Origin: Candidatus Desulfatibia profunda
GTDB taxonomy: Bacteria > Desulfobacterota > Desulfobacteria > Desulfobacterales > UBA11574
Assembly: GCA_014382665.1 (NCBI GenBank)
Contig: JACNJH010000134.1
Span: forward strand, 21,103-85,102
Length of the DNA stretch: 64,000 nucleotides
Direction of reading: 5' to 3'
In this document: piece after piece, positions 46,049-53,540 of the stretch
How positions within the stretch are numbered: position 1 is the first letter of the stretch
Layout of the letters: each line of letters opens with the position of its first letter
Made by a program: the position numbers and the translations under genes
Notes under the pieces: generated by a model
What the model was told of the DNA's origin: nothing
The model's database searches: none
The model's input: only the letters and a program-made list of their open reading frames with translations

Positions 46049-46138
46049 TCATTTGCGCTTATTGTCTTTCCTGAACTTGAAGCACAAGAAAAGTACAAAT
46101 CCGATGAGAACCAGACCAAACAAGAAATGCGCATCCAT
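46049..46138 (-). CDS. Possible 29-aa hydrophobic mini-protein upstream of the SLC13 gene
   Basis: Hand translation MDAHFLFGLVLIGFVLFLCFKFRKDNKRK. The ATG is preceded by AAAGGAGGA at a good distance. There is no other support. Confidence 0.25.
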   Translation of the reverse strand: MDAHFLFGLVLIGFVLFLCFKFRKDNKRK

Positions 46139-46212
46139 TCCATCCTCCTTTTAAATAAAATGACGCAAAACTAGAATCGGTTTCAAAATGGAATACATCC
46201 TATAAATGATTA

Positions 46213-46286
46213 TCTCAAAAAAATAAAGCAGAAAATCCGGTCTGCTTTTTATAGAGCTTGTTTAAAAAGCAGCCGGATTTCTGCTT
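46213..46286 (-). terminator. Rho-independent terminator after the TFAEAG-motif operon
   Basis: About 21-bp stem with two bulges (GCAGAAAATCCGGTCTGCTTTTT / AAAAAGCAGCCGGATTTCTGC). On the minus strand it is followed by TTTATTTTTTT. Confidence 0.6.
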
Positions 46287-46308
46287 GTGCAATTCTGGTG
46301 CAATCACA

Positions 46309-46863
46309 TCACACCATGGAATAAACAAACAATTTGCGCTCCAATCTTTCACCCTCTTCTACTCTGCTTTCACCCGCTTGTTCTATGGATTCCGACACTA
46401 CAAAGGCAACCTCCCCGAACTCTTTTCTGAGCGATTCAACGGCCTCGTCGGTTTCACTGAACTTGATCACATGGGAAAAAGGAATTCCTTCCCGGGCGGC
46501 CTCTTCTTGAAACAGCCGGGCGTTATTTGCCGAAAGATCTTTAAAATCCTGGCAAATCTTGTCTCGCGAAGAGGAAAACAATTTGAATGTGTCGCAGGAC
46601 AACGGTGCGGTGTTTAAGGCCACGATCTCATAAGACATCCGTTTGGCCATTTCCAGAGCATAATCGATAATCTCTCTGGAAAAGGTACTTTCCCTACCGA
46701 TTACAAGAAGTTTATCGGACTCTCTCGGCATTTCTTCCGGGGTAAATTCGCGGGCATATTCCGGCTGTCCTGCCTCAGCAAAGGTGATCGCTTCCTGATA
46801 TCGGTCCATCTTGCCGGTCAACCTGTTTACCTTCCGCTTAATTTTTCCAAAAATACCTGACAT
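46309..46863 (-). CDS. USP-like protein with N-terminal AITFAEAGQPE motif
   Basis: 184 aa. N-terminal ...RYQEAITFAEAGQPEYA..., then a USP-like alpha/beta segment (KLLVIGRESTFSREIIDYALEMAKRMSYEIVALN). Confidence 0.6.
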   Translation of the reverse strand: MSGIFGKIKRKVNRLTGKMDRYQEAITFAEAGQPEYAREFTPEEMPRESDKLLVIGRESTFSREIIDYALEMAKRMSYEIVALNTAPLSCDTFKLFSSSRDKICQDFKDLSANNARLFQEEAAREGIPFSHVIKFSETDEAVESLRKEFGEVAFVVSESIEQAGESRVEEGERLERKLFVYSMV

Positions 46864-46911
46864 GTTTTAAACCTCCTGTATGGATTTAATTTTAAAAATA
46901 TTTCTTGATCT

Positions 46912-47418
46912 TTAGCCGCACATCACCACCAGCGGAATGAACAATGACTGTTTTATTTTTCGGAACATGGGCGTTTCTTTTACCGCAAGGCCCTTCTGGC
47001 GGCGACCCTTTCCAGGGGAATCGTAGATGGTAAGCACGACATCCCGATGCGCATTGACATAATTAATAATCTCTGTATCAGGAGCCCCCGACGTTATGGT
47101 GAAGTGACAGGGAACACCTTCTTTTTCCGATTCCGGTAAAAGCTGCTTGATATTCTTCAAGGCTTCGGACATGATTTCGGCGGCGGTCTCATGTTCCCCT
47201 GCTTCGGCAAAAGTTGCGGCCACCAAAGAGCTTTCAAGGTATCTTCTGGCATGGCCGGCGCCTTTTCGCATCTTTTTCAGATATTCGCCGTAATTGCGGG
47301 GGTCGATAATTTGAAACACATTCAACTCCGCCTTAATGCGGTTGCAAAGCTCTATGGCGTAACGAAATGCCTTCTGATCAGGGGTAATACCGTCTACGGC
47401 CAATAATACTTTTTTCAT
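46912..47418 (-). CDS. Universal stress protein family member with an internal ATFAEAGEHE motif
   Basis: MKKVLLAVDGITPDQKAFRYAIELC...NVFQII is USP-type. It has an insert LVAATFAEAGEHETAAEIM. The ORF is open back to 47454. Confidence 0.7.
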   Translation of the reverse strand: MKKVLLAVDGITPDQKAFRYAIELCNRIKAELNVFQIIDPRNYGEYLKKMRKGAGHARRYLESSLVAATFAEAGEHETAAEIMSEALKNIKQLLPESEKEGVPCHFTITSGAPDTEIINYVNAHRDVVLTIYDSPGKGRRQKGLAVKETPMFRKIKQSLFIPLVVMCG

Positions 47419-47454
47419 TTTTATTTTCCCCGTCTGCTTTGACGACCGGTACAA

Positions 47455-47640
47455 CTACATTCTCAGGCCCGGCCTGGTTTCTTCCCGTCTCGTAATCCCA
47501 GACTCGATTCGCTTGTCCTTTTCCTGCTTGGGTCGATCGTACAGGATATCCATTGCTCTCTCGGGTTCTCCGGCTTCGGCAAAAGTGATTGCCGCCATCA
47601 TCCTGTCGAAGTTGTCGATTAAATTTTTAAGATTAAACAT
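47455..47640 (-). CDS. 61-aa protein consisting essentially of the AITFAEAGEPE motif region
   Basis: The ATG at 47640 is preceded by GGAGGAAG. Sequence: MFNLKNLIDNFDRMMAAITFAEAGEPERAMDIL.... The 81-aa version in the ORF track would start inside the promoter. Confidence 0.5.
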   Translation of the reverse strand: MFNLKNLIDNFDRMMAAITFAEAGEPERAMDILYDRPKQEKDKRIESGITRREETRPGLRM

Positions 47641-47684
47641 GACCGCTTCCTCCTTGTTAAAATTTGATTTTATAAGTAGAATGA

Positions 47685-47699
47685 GCAACTTCCATGCCA
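47685..47699 (-). promoter_or_regulatory. Sigma-54 promoter TGGCAT-GGAAG-TTGC (minus strand)
   Basis: Perfect -24/-12 geometry, about 45 nt upstream of the ATG at 47640. Confidence 0.62.
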
Positions 47700-47777
47700 C
47701 ACAGGCTAAATAGATCTAACCTTCTTATTTTATAGACAAAATAATCGTAACGCTCGAAAAGGTGAAAAAGGGATGGC

Positions 47778-47794
47778 TGTTGCAATTTGCAACA
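47778..47794. promoter_or_regulatory. Perfect 8-1-8 palindrome TGTTGCAA-T-TTGCAACA, a candidate enhancer-binding-protein site
   Basis: It lies about 80-95 bp upstream of the sigma-54 element. Further (T/A)GTTGCA half-sites occur at 47865-47871 and 47938-47944. Confidence 0.4.
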
Positions 47795-47998
47795 TGTTTT
47801 TAATGTATGGTAATATTTATTGAAATATAAGTATGTTATGATATATTGCAGAAAAAAGGGCTGATGTTGCAGATTGTAGCGGCAAATATTCCCATGAAAC
47901 CATCAGGCGCGTGGGTTGCCAGGCGGCGTGTGAAAACAGTTGCAGATCAATCTGAAGCTGTCCTATACTTACGCCAAAAACCGAAATGAGGTCATGTC

Positions 47999-49996
47999 AT
48001 GCGCATATTCAAAAAAGGCCCGGAAAAAGGGACACCTTCGGAGATAGAAGAATTAAAGGAGGTGGTGCTTGGCCTTAAAATGCCGGAGCCGGTTCAAAAA
48101 GTCGCGCTGAAAGAAATCGAGAGGCTGATGAAAACCAGTCCCGCCAGTGCTGAATATACCATCGGCATTAATTATCTCGATTATCTGGTGAGCCTCCCAT
48201 GGAACAGGATGACCGAAGACAATCTTGATATTGAACGGGCCGAGTCGATTCTGAATCAGGAGCACTACGGCCTGACCAAAATCAAGGATCGAATCCTGGA
48301 TCATCTGGCGGTCAGAATATTGAAGATGTCCCGGAAACACAGGATCCTGGTGGTGGATGATGAAGAAATGACCCGCAGGAATCTTGAGCACGTTTTTCAA
48401 AAGGACGGTTATCATGTCGATACGGCGGCCAGCGGGGTCGAAGCCCTGAATCTATTGGAAAAAAGTGCCTATGACGTCATCGTGACGGATCTTAAGATGG
48501 AAAAGGTGGACGGCATGGACGTCCTGGGGCAGGCCAAGGCCAAAGACCCCAACACCGAGGTGATTATCATCACGGGGTATGCCACTGTTACAACGGCCAT
48601 TGAAGCCATGAAAAAGGGATCTTACCACTTTCTGGCCAAGCCGTTGAAGCTGGCTGAAATCAGATCAACCATCAAGACCGCCTTATTCAAAAAAATGGTT
48701 CGGCTGGAACCCAAGGGCCCTGTGCTGTGCTTTGCAGGTCCGCCCGGTACCGGCAAAACTTCTCTGGGGATGTCCATCGCCCGGAGCCTGGAGCGAAAAT
48801 TCATACGCATTTCCCTGGCCGGGATGAAAGACGAAGCCGAAATCAGAGGACATCGCAAAAGCTATGTCGGCGCGCTGCCCGGTAGAATTATCCAGGAAAT
48901 TCGCCGGGCGGAATCGAAAAATCCGGTCATGATGCTGGATGAAATTGATAAAATCGGGCAGGATTTTAAAGGGGACCCGGCTTCGGCCTTGCTGGAGGTT
49001 CTCGACCCCGAGCAGAATGCCAACTTCGTTGACCACTATCTGGATGTTCCCTTTGATCTTTCCAAAGTCATGTTCATCACCACGGCCAACACCGTTGATC
49101 TCATCCCCGGTCCGCTTCTCGATCGACTGGAGGTTATTTACCTTTCAGGATATACAGAGGAAGAAAAGGTGCAAATAGCAGCAAGATATTTGGTATCCAA
49201 AGAGATAGAGGAAGCAGGGCTCGTTGAAGATCCGGCCGTTTTTACAACCGAAGCCATTCACAAGATCATCAGGGAATACACCCGCGAAGCCGGTCTCAGG
49301 AATCTCCAGAGGCAAATCGCTTCGATCTGCCGTAAAACCGCCCGCAAAGCGCTGAAAAGCGGCCGCCAAAATATATCAAGCCCGATAACGCCGGAGACGG
49401 TGGAGCAACTCCTGGGTCCCGGAAAATATCATCTGGAAGTTGTCGACGACAAAGGAAGAATCGGTGTGGCCACCGGTTTGGCATGGACGGCCGCCGGCGG
49501 AGAAATCATCTTCATCGAAGCTGTAAAAATGAAAGGTAAAAGCCGTCTGACCTTAACGGGTTCCTTGGGTGACGTGATGAAAGAATCCGCCCAGGCGGCC
49601 TTAAGTTATATTCGCAGCCATACCGAACTGCTCAATATCCCTGAAAGTATGTTCGATGAATATGACATTCATATTCACGTTCCGGCCGGTTCCATTCCCA
49701 AGGATGGACCTTCGGCGGGATTGACCATTGCCGTTGCCTTGATTTCGCTGTTGACCGGACGGCCGTGCAAAAGAGAAACGGCCTTGACAGGAGAAATGAC
49801 CTTAAGCGGCAGGTTGCTTCCGGTGGGCGGCGTGAAAGAAAAGGTTCTGGCGGCCCACCGGGCCGGGGTAAAATCTGTGGTTTTTCCGGCCAAAAACGAG
49901 GCGGACATTAAAGATATCCCCGATGATATTAAAAAGGATTTAAAGATTATTACCACCGATGAATTGGCGGAGATCGTTGATTTGGTGCTAGAATAA
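47999..49996 (+). CDS. lon: LonA-type protease lacking the N-terminal LON domain and carrying an inserted receiver (REC) domain before the AAA+ module
   Basis: The Lon pre-AAA helix region (SPASAEYTIGINYLDYLVSLPWN...EHYGLTKIKDRILDHLAV) is followed by a REC domain (aa ~114-230: VVDDEE, VTD164LKM, IIIT192GY, LAK214P). Then come KGPVLCFAGPPGTGKTS, the AAA+ module, and the protease domain (PKDGPSAG, GGVKEKVLAAHRAG). Confidence 0.9.
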   Translation: MRIFKKGPEKGTPSEIEELKEVVLGLKMPEPVQKVALKEIERLMKTSPASAEYTIGINYLDYLVSLPWNRMTEDNLDIERAESILNQEHYGLTKIKDRILDHLAVRILKMSRKHRILVVDDEEMTRRNLEHVFQKDGYHVDTAASGVEALNLLEKSAYDVIVTDLKMEKVDGMDVLGQAKAKDPNTEVIIITGYATVTTAIEAMKKGSYHFLAKPLKLAEIRSTIKTALFKKMVRLEPKGPVLCFAGPPGTGKTSLGMSIARSLERKFIRISLAGMKDEAEIRGHRKSYVGALPGRIIQEIRRAESKNPVMMLDEIDKIGQDFKGDPASALLEVLDPEQNANFVDHYLDVPFDLSKVMFITTANTVDLIPGPLLDRLEVIYLSGYTEEEKVQIAARYLVSKEIEEAGLVEDPAVFTTEAIHKIIREYTREAGLRNLQRQIASICRKTARKALKSGRQNISSPITPETVEQLLGPGKYHLEVVDDKGRIGVATGLAWTAAGGEIIFIEAVKMKGKSRLTLTGSLGDVMKESAQAALSYIRSHTELLNIPESMFDEYDIHIHVPAGSIPKDGPSAGLTIAVALISLLTGRPCKRETALTGEMTLSGRLLPVGGVKEKVLAAHRAGVKSVVFPAKNEADIKDIPDDIKKDLKIITTDELAEIVDLVLE

Positions 49997-50064
49997 GGAA
50001 AACAATCAGTTCCTTTATTGCCTTAATTGTAAGATTTGTGCATATTGCCGTAGAACTTTTTTAA

Positions 50065-50137
50065 TTGCCACAAAGACACCAAGACACGAATAAAAAATAC
50101 TAAAGATATCCTTTGTGTCTTTGTGCCTTGGTGGCAA
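50065..50137. repeat. Second copy of the CACAAAG/CACCAAG-unit hairpin repeat, between convergent genes
   Basis: TTGCCACAAAGACACCAAGACACGAA ... TCCTTTGTGTCTTTGTGCCTTGGTGGCAA. 50106-50137 is the exact reverse complement of 12417-12448. Confidence 0.8.
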
Positions 50138-50150
50138 ATATTTTTTTGTG

Positions 50151-50939
50151 TCAAGGCTTGTGCTGGAGGGCCCTTTGCTTGAGGTGTTGGAAAACGTCGG
50201 GGCCTTCCGTGGTCGCTGGTTCCTTCCCCGAGGCAACCTGTTGTATGAATTCAATTTTGCCCTTGTCAAAACTGCCGACCTGCTGGTCAATGAAATAGAG
50301 CGTGTTGTGGATAATGCTGTAAATGACCATTGGCCCGAACACGATTTCGCCGCTTTCTTTACGGGTTAAGACACCGAAAGCTCTGTGGTGGCTCATCTGG
50401 AAGGCTTTGGGAGCCGGACTGAACGCCAGAATTTCGGCAAAAAGTTCTAAAGATTCAATGACGCCGTCGGCATATTTTCGCTGCAACGAGGCCGTGCCGT
50501 CGTTTACAATTTCGTCAAGATCGGATTCCTCAAAGGAAAGATCCAGGGTATCGATGCATTCTTTTTGGATGGTTCTAACGGATGCTTCTTTTTTGCTGAT
50601 GACCACGTCGCTGTCATTTAATATCTTGATAACGTTACGGATGCTGATCATTTCCTTGACCGTGGGACTTTTGCGCATAGCCACGTCCTCGACAGACGTG
50701 TTATAGATGGCCAGATCATTGTCGAGTACCAGGATTTTGGTTTTTTTAGCATCGGCATCCTGTAAGTACAGATTCAGATCTCGCTGCTTACGGTACGTAT
50801 AAGTGCTCATTTTAAGCAGGCTGCGCATGAGCTGCTTGTCTATCCTGCGGTCGCTGTCCGGCGGTCCGATCGTCGCAAGCACCTGCGCTGCCAGGCTGTC
50901 GATCTTGATTTTCTTTAAAAGATTTTCCTTAAAAGACAT
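50151..50939 (-). CDS. Hypothetical protein (262 aa)
   Basis: Long ORF with ordinary composition. I recognise no family. Confidence 0.5.
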   Translation of the reverse strand: MSFKENLLKKIKIDSLAAQVLATIGPPDSDRRIDKQLMRSLLKMSTYTYRKQRDLNLYLQDADAKKTKILVLDNDLAIYNTSVEDVAMRKSPTVKEMISIRNVIKILNDSDVVISKKEASVRTIQKECIDTLDLSFEESDLDEIVNDGTASLQRKYADGVIESLELFAEILAFSPAPKAFQMSHHRAFGVLTRKESGEIVFGPMVIYSIIHNTLYFIDQQVGSFDKGKIEFIQQVASGKEPATTEGPDVFQHLKQRALQHKP

Positions 50940-51098
50940 TCTGCCCTCGGGTTAAGGGAGTTTTATATCATCTTTACCTTTTTGCACTAGAGAATAGACG
51001 ATCTAAAGCCGGCTGTCAATTGTTCGCCACGGTTACTTGACCAACAGGCAATATTTATGTATGTAAAAATGAATATTTTTTTAAAAAAGGAATAAAAC

Positions 51099-52439
51099 AT
51101 GACCGAATATGCAAAGCTTATATTCGAAGGCAAGACTTACGAGTTTCCCGTGGTTGTCGGTACCGAAGGTGAAAAGGCCATCGACATCTCGCAGCTTCGC
51201 CAGCAGACAGGCCTGATTACACTCGATCCGGGTTATGCCAATACCGGCAGTTGTGAAAGTGCCATTACTTTCATGGACGGTGAAAAGGGAATATTGCGGT
51301 ACCGCGGCATTCCGATTGAGCAGTTGGCCGAACATTCCAGTTTTATCGAGACGGCCTTTCTGTTGATCAACGGCCGGCTGCCCACCAGGGAGGAACTGAA
51401 TCGAGTGTCGGTTCTGTTCAATGACCACAGCCTGGTGCACGAGGACATGCAGATGTTTTATCATAATTTTCCCCGGGCCTCTCATCCCATGGGCATCCTT
51501 TCATCCATGGTAAACGCCCTAAGAAGTTTTTATCCTGAACTGCAGACCATTGAGGAAGAAATCAATATCACTGAAATCCGGCTGCTGTCCAAGGTTCGCA
51601 CCATGGCTGCCATGTCCTACAAGATATCGAGGGGTCACAAGGTCGTGTATCCCCGTCCTGACTTAAAGTATTGTGCCAATTTTCTAAACATGATGTTCGA
51701 CACACCGGTAAAGCCGTATCAGATCAATGATACTCTGGTGAAAGCCTTGGAAGTCTTTTGGATTTTGCATGCCGACCATGAACAGAACTGTTCGACGTCC
51801 ACCGTAAGGCTGGTGGGCAGCGGCAGGGTCAATCTTTACGCTGCGATTTCAGCCGGGATTTCGGCCCTGTGGGGGCCCCTGCACGGCGGCGCCAATCAAG
51901 CCGTGATTGAAATGCTGACCGAAATTCACAAAGACGGCGGCAATTATCGTCAGGCTATTGAAAAAGCCAAGGACAAAAACGACCCCTTCAGGCTCATGGG
52001 CTTCGGGCATCGGGTTTACAAGTCCTATGATCCTCGTGCCAGAATCATGAAAAAAATGTGTGATGCCGTCCTGGAAGGCCTCCACATTACCGATCCCTTG
52101 CTCGACATAGCCAAGGAACTGGAAGAAGCGGCCTTGACGGATGATTATTTTATCGAAAAAAATCTCTATCCCAATGTTGACTTTTACAGCGGTATTGTGT
52201 TGCGGGCCATGGGGATTCCCACCAACATGTTTACGGTGATGTTTGCCATCGGCCGGCTTCCCGGATGGATTGCGCAGTGGAAAGAGAGTATGGACGATCC
52301 CAAATGGAAGCTCGGACGGCCCCGCCAGATCTATATCGGACCTGCTAAAATGGATTATGTTCCGATCGATGAACGCAAAATCGACAGTTCCAAAAGAATT
52401 GCCGGCATTGAACCGCCAAAGTATTCCATGACCCTTTAA
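51099..52439 (+). CDS. gltA: Citrate synthase
   Basis: 446 aa with motifs ILHADHEQNCSTST and GFGHRVYKSYDPRA. Confidence 0.95.
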   Translation: MTEYAKLIFEGKTYEFPVVVGTEGEKAIDISQLRQQTGLITLDPGYANTGSCESAITFMDGEKGILRYRGIPIEQLAEHSSFIETAFLLINGRLPTREELNRVSVLFNDHSLVHEDMQMFYHNFPRASHPMGILSSMVNALRSFYPELQTIEEEINITEIRLLSKVRTMAAMSYKISRGHKVVYPRPDLKYCANFLNMMFDTPVKPYQINDTLVKALEVFWILHADHEQNCSTSTVRLVGSGRVNLYAAISAGISALWGPLHGGANQAVIEMLTEIHKDGGNYRQAIEKAKDKNDPFRLMGFGHRVYKSYDPRARIMKKMCDAVLEGLHITDPLLDIAKELEEAALTDDYFIEKNLYPNVDFYSGIVLRAMGIPTNMFTVMFAIGRLPGWIAQWKESMDDPKWKLGRPRQIYIGPAKMDYVPIDERKIDSSKRIAGIEPPKYSMTL

Positions 52440-52612
52440 CCTGCTGCGCGGCCGGATATCGCCATGGAATCCCCTGACGCCGAATTGGCCCCGTGCTGCT
52501 TCAATGAGCTTGTAAGGCGCTTTGCGGTCATGTGTGCCGGTGATGAACCCCGGGTATCAATTGTGTTACAGTCTGGGGCGCCATGAGATTATTCAATTAA
52601 AACAGCAGGAAA

Positions 52613-53524
52613 ATGTATATGGATGGAATGAATTTAAATTATAAGGCCTTGATGGATAATCTTTTTGACGGTGTCTATTTCGTCGATAAGACCGGAACGA
52701 TCCGATACTGGAATAGAGCGGCTGAAAATATAACCGGTTTTGCGGCCGATGAAGTCTTGGGCAAACGCTGCTCAGATAATGTTCCGGTCCATTTTGACAG
52801 TGACGGGCACAATCTCAGTAAGGGCTTGTGCCCCCTTGAAAAATCCATCACAGACGGTGCCGCCCTGGAAACGGAACTTTATCTTTGCCATAAAAACGGG
52901 CGTAGAATCCCGGTGGCTATCCGTATTACGCCGGTCAGGGATTCTGAAGGATCGATCATCGGTGCTTTGGAATTATTCAGTGACATCAGTTCAAAATCAG
53001 CAACCCTTTTAAGAATCAAAGAGCTTGAAAAGCTCTCATTGACGGATCCACTGACACGGCTGGCCAACAGAAGATTTGTTGAATCGGAACTGAGCAACCG
53101 TCTTCAGGAACTGGCTCGTTTTAAATGGCCGTTCGGTGTTCTTTTTATGGATATCGACCATTTTAAACATTTTAACGACACTTACGGACATGACGTCGGC
53201 GATTCGATTTTAAAAACATTGGCGAATACGGTGGTCGGTAATACCCGGCCGTTTGATCTTTTCGGACGCTGGGGCGGCGAAGAGTTTATCGGCATCATGC
53301 GGAATGTAGATCAAAAGGGTCTGCAATATATTGGAAACAGGCTGCGGTTGCTTGTGGAAGCAGCTTGCGTCGTCGTAGAAGAAAAGAAGATGAATGTCAC
53401 GGTTTCTTTGGGGGGAACCATGGCCAAACCGGATGATACCGTTGAAGGACTTATCAAGCGGGCCGACCGGCTGATGTTTCAAAGTAAAAAGGCCGGGAGA
53501 AACTGTTTGACGGTTTCCGATTAG
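52613..53524 (+). CDS. PAS-GGDEF diguanylate cyclase
   Basis: PAS (IRYWNRAAENITGF). GGDEF domain with active site GGEEF and an RPFD I-site five residues upstream. Confidence 0.9.
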   Translation: MYMDGMNLNYKALMDNLFDGVYFVDKTGTIRYWNRAAENITGFAADEVLGKRCSDNVPVHFDSDGHNLSKGLCPLEKSITDGAALETELYLCHKNGRRIPVAIRITPVRDSEGSIIGALELFSDISSKSATLLRIKELEKLSLTDPLTRLANRRFVESELSNRLQELARFKWPFGVLFMDIDHFKHFNDTYGHDVGDSILKTLANTVVGNTRPFDLFGRWGGEEFIGIMRNVDQKGLQYIGNRLRLLVEAACVVVEEKKMNVTVSLGGTMAKPDDTVEGLIKRADRLMFQSKKAGRNCLTVSD

Positions 53525-53540
53525 CTTGGATTTTAACTGC

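Noticed and set aside
47641-47700. A 20-codon N-terminal extension of the 61-aa TFAEAG mini-protein (the 81-aa ORF in the track).
   Set aside because: The extension would begin inside the sigma-54 -24/-12 element. The ATG at 47640 has a GGAGGAAG RBS.
47820-47847. A sigma-70-like TTGAAA-N16-TATATT upstream of lon, and a similar TTGACC-N17-TATGTA at 51037-51065 upstream of gltA.
   Set aside because: These are plausible, but AT-rich intergenic DNA yields such matches easily. They are not reported as features without transcription start site data.
52464-52589. A 41-codon ORF (MESPDAELAPCCFNELVRRF...) in the relatively GC-rich spacer between gltA and the GGDEF gene.
   Set aside because: There is no RBS and no recognisable family. 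It is too short to separate from chance, and it may be a remnant of an eroded gene.
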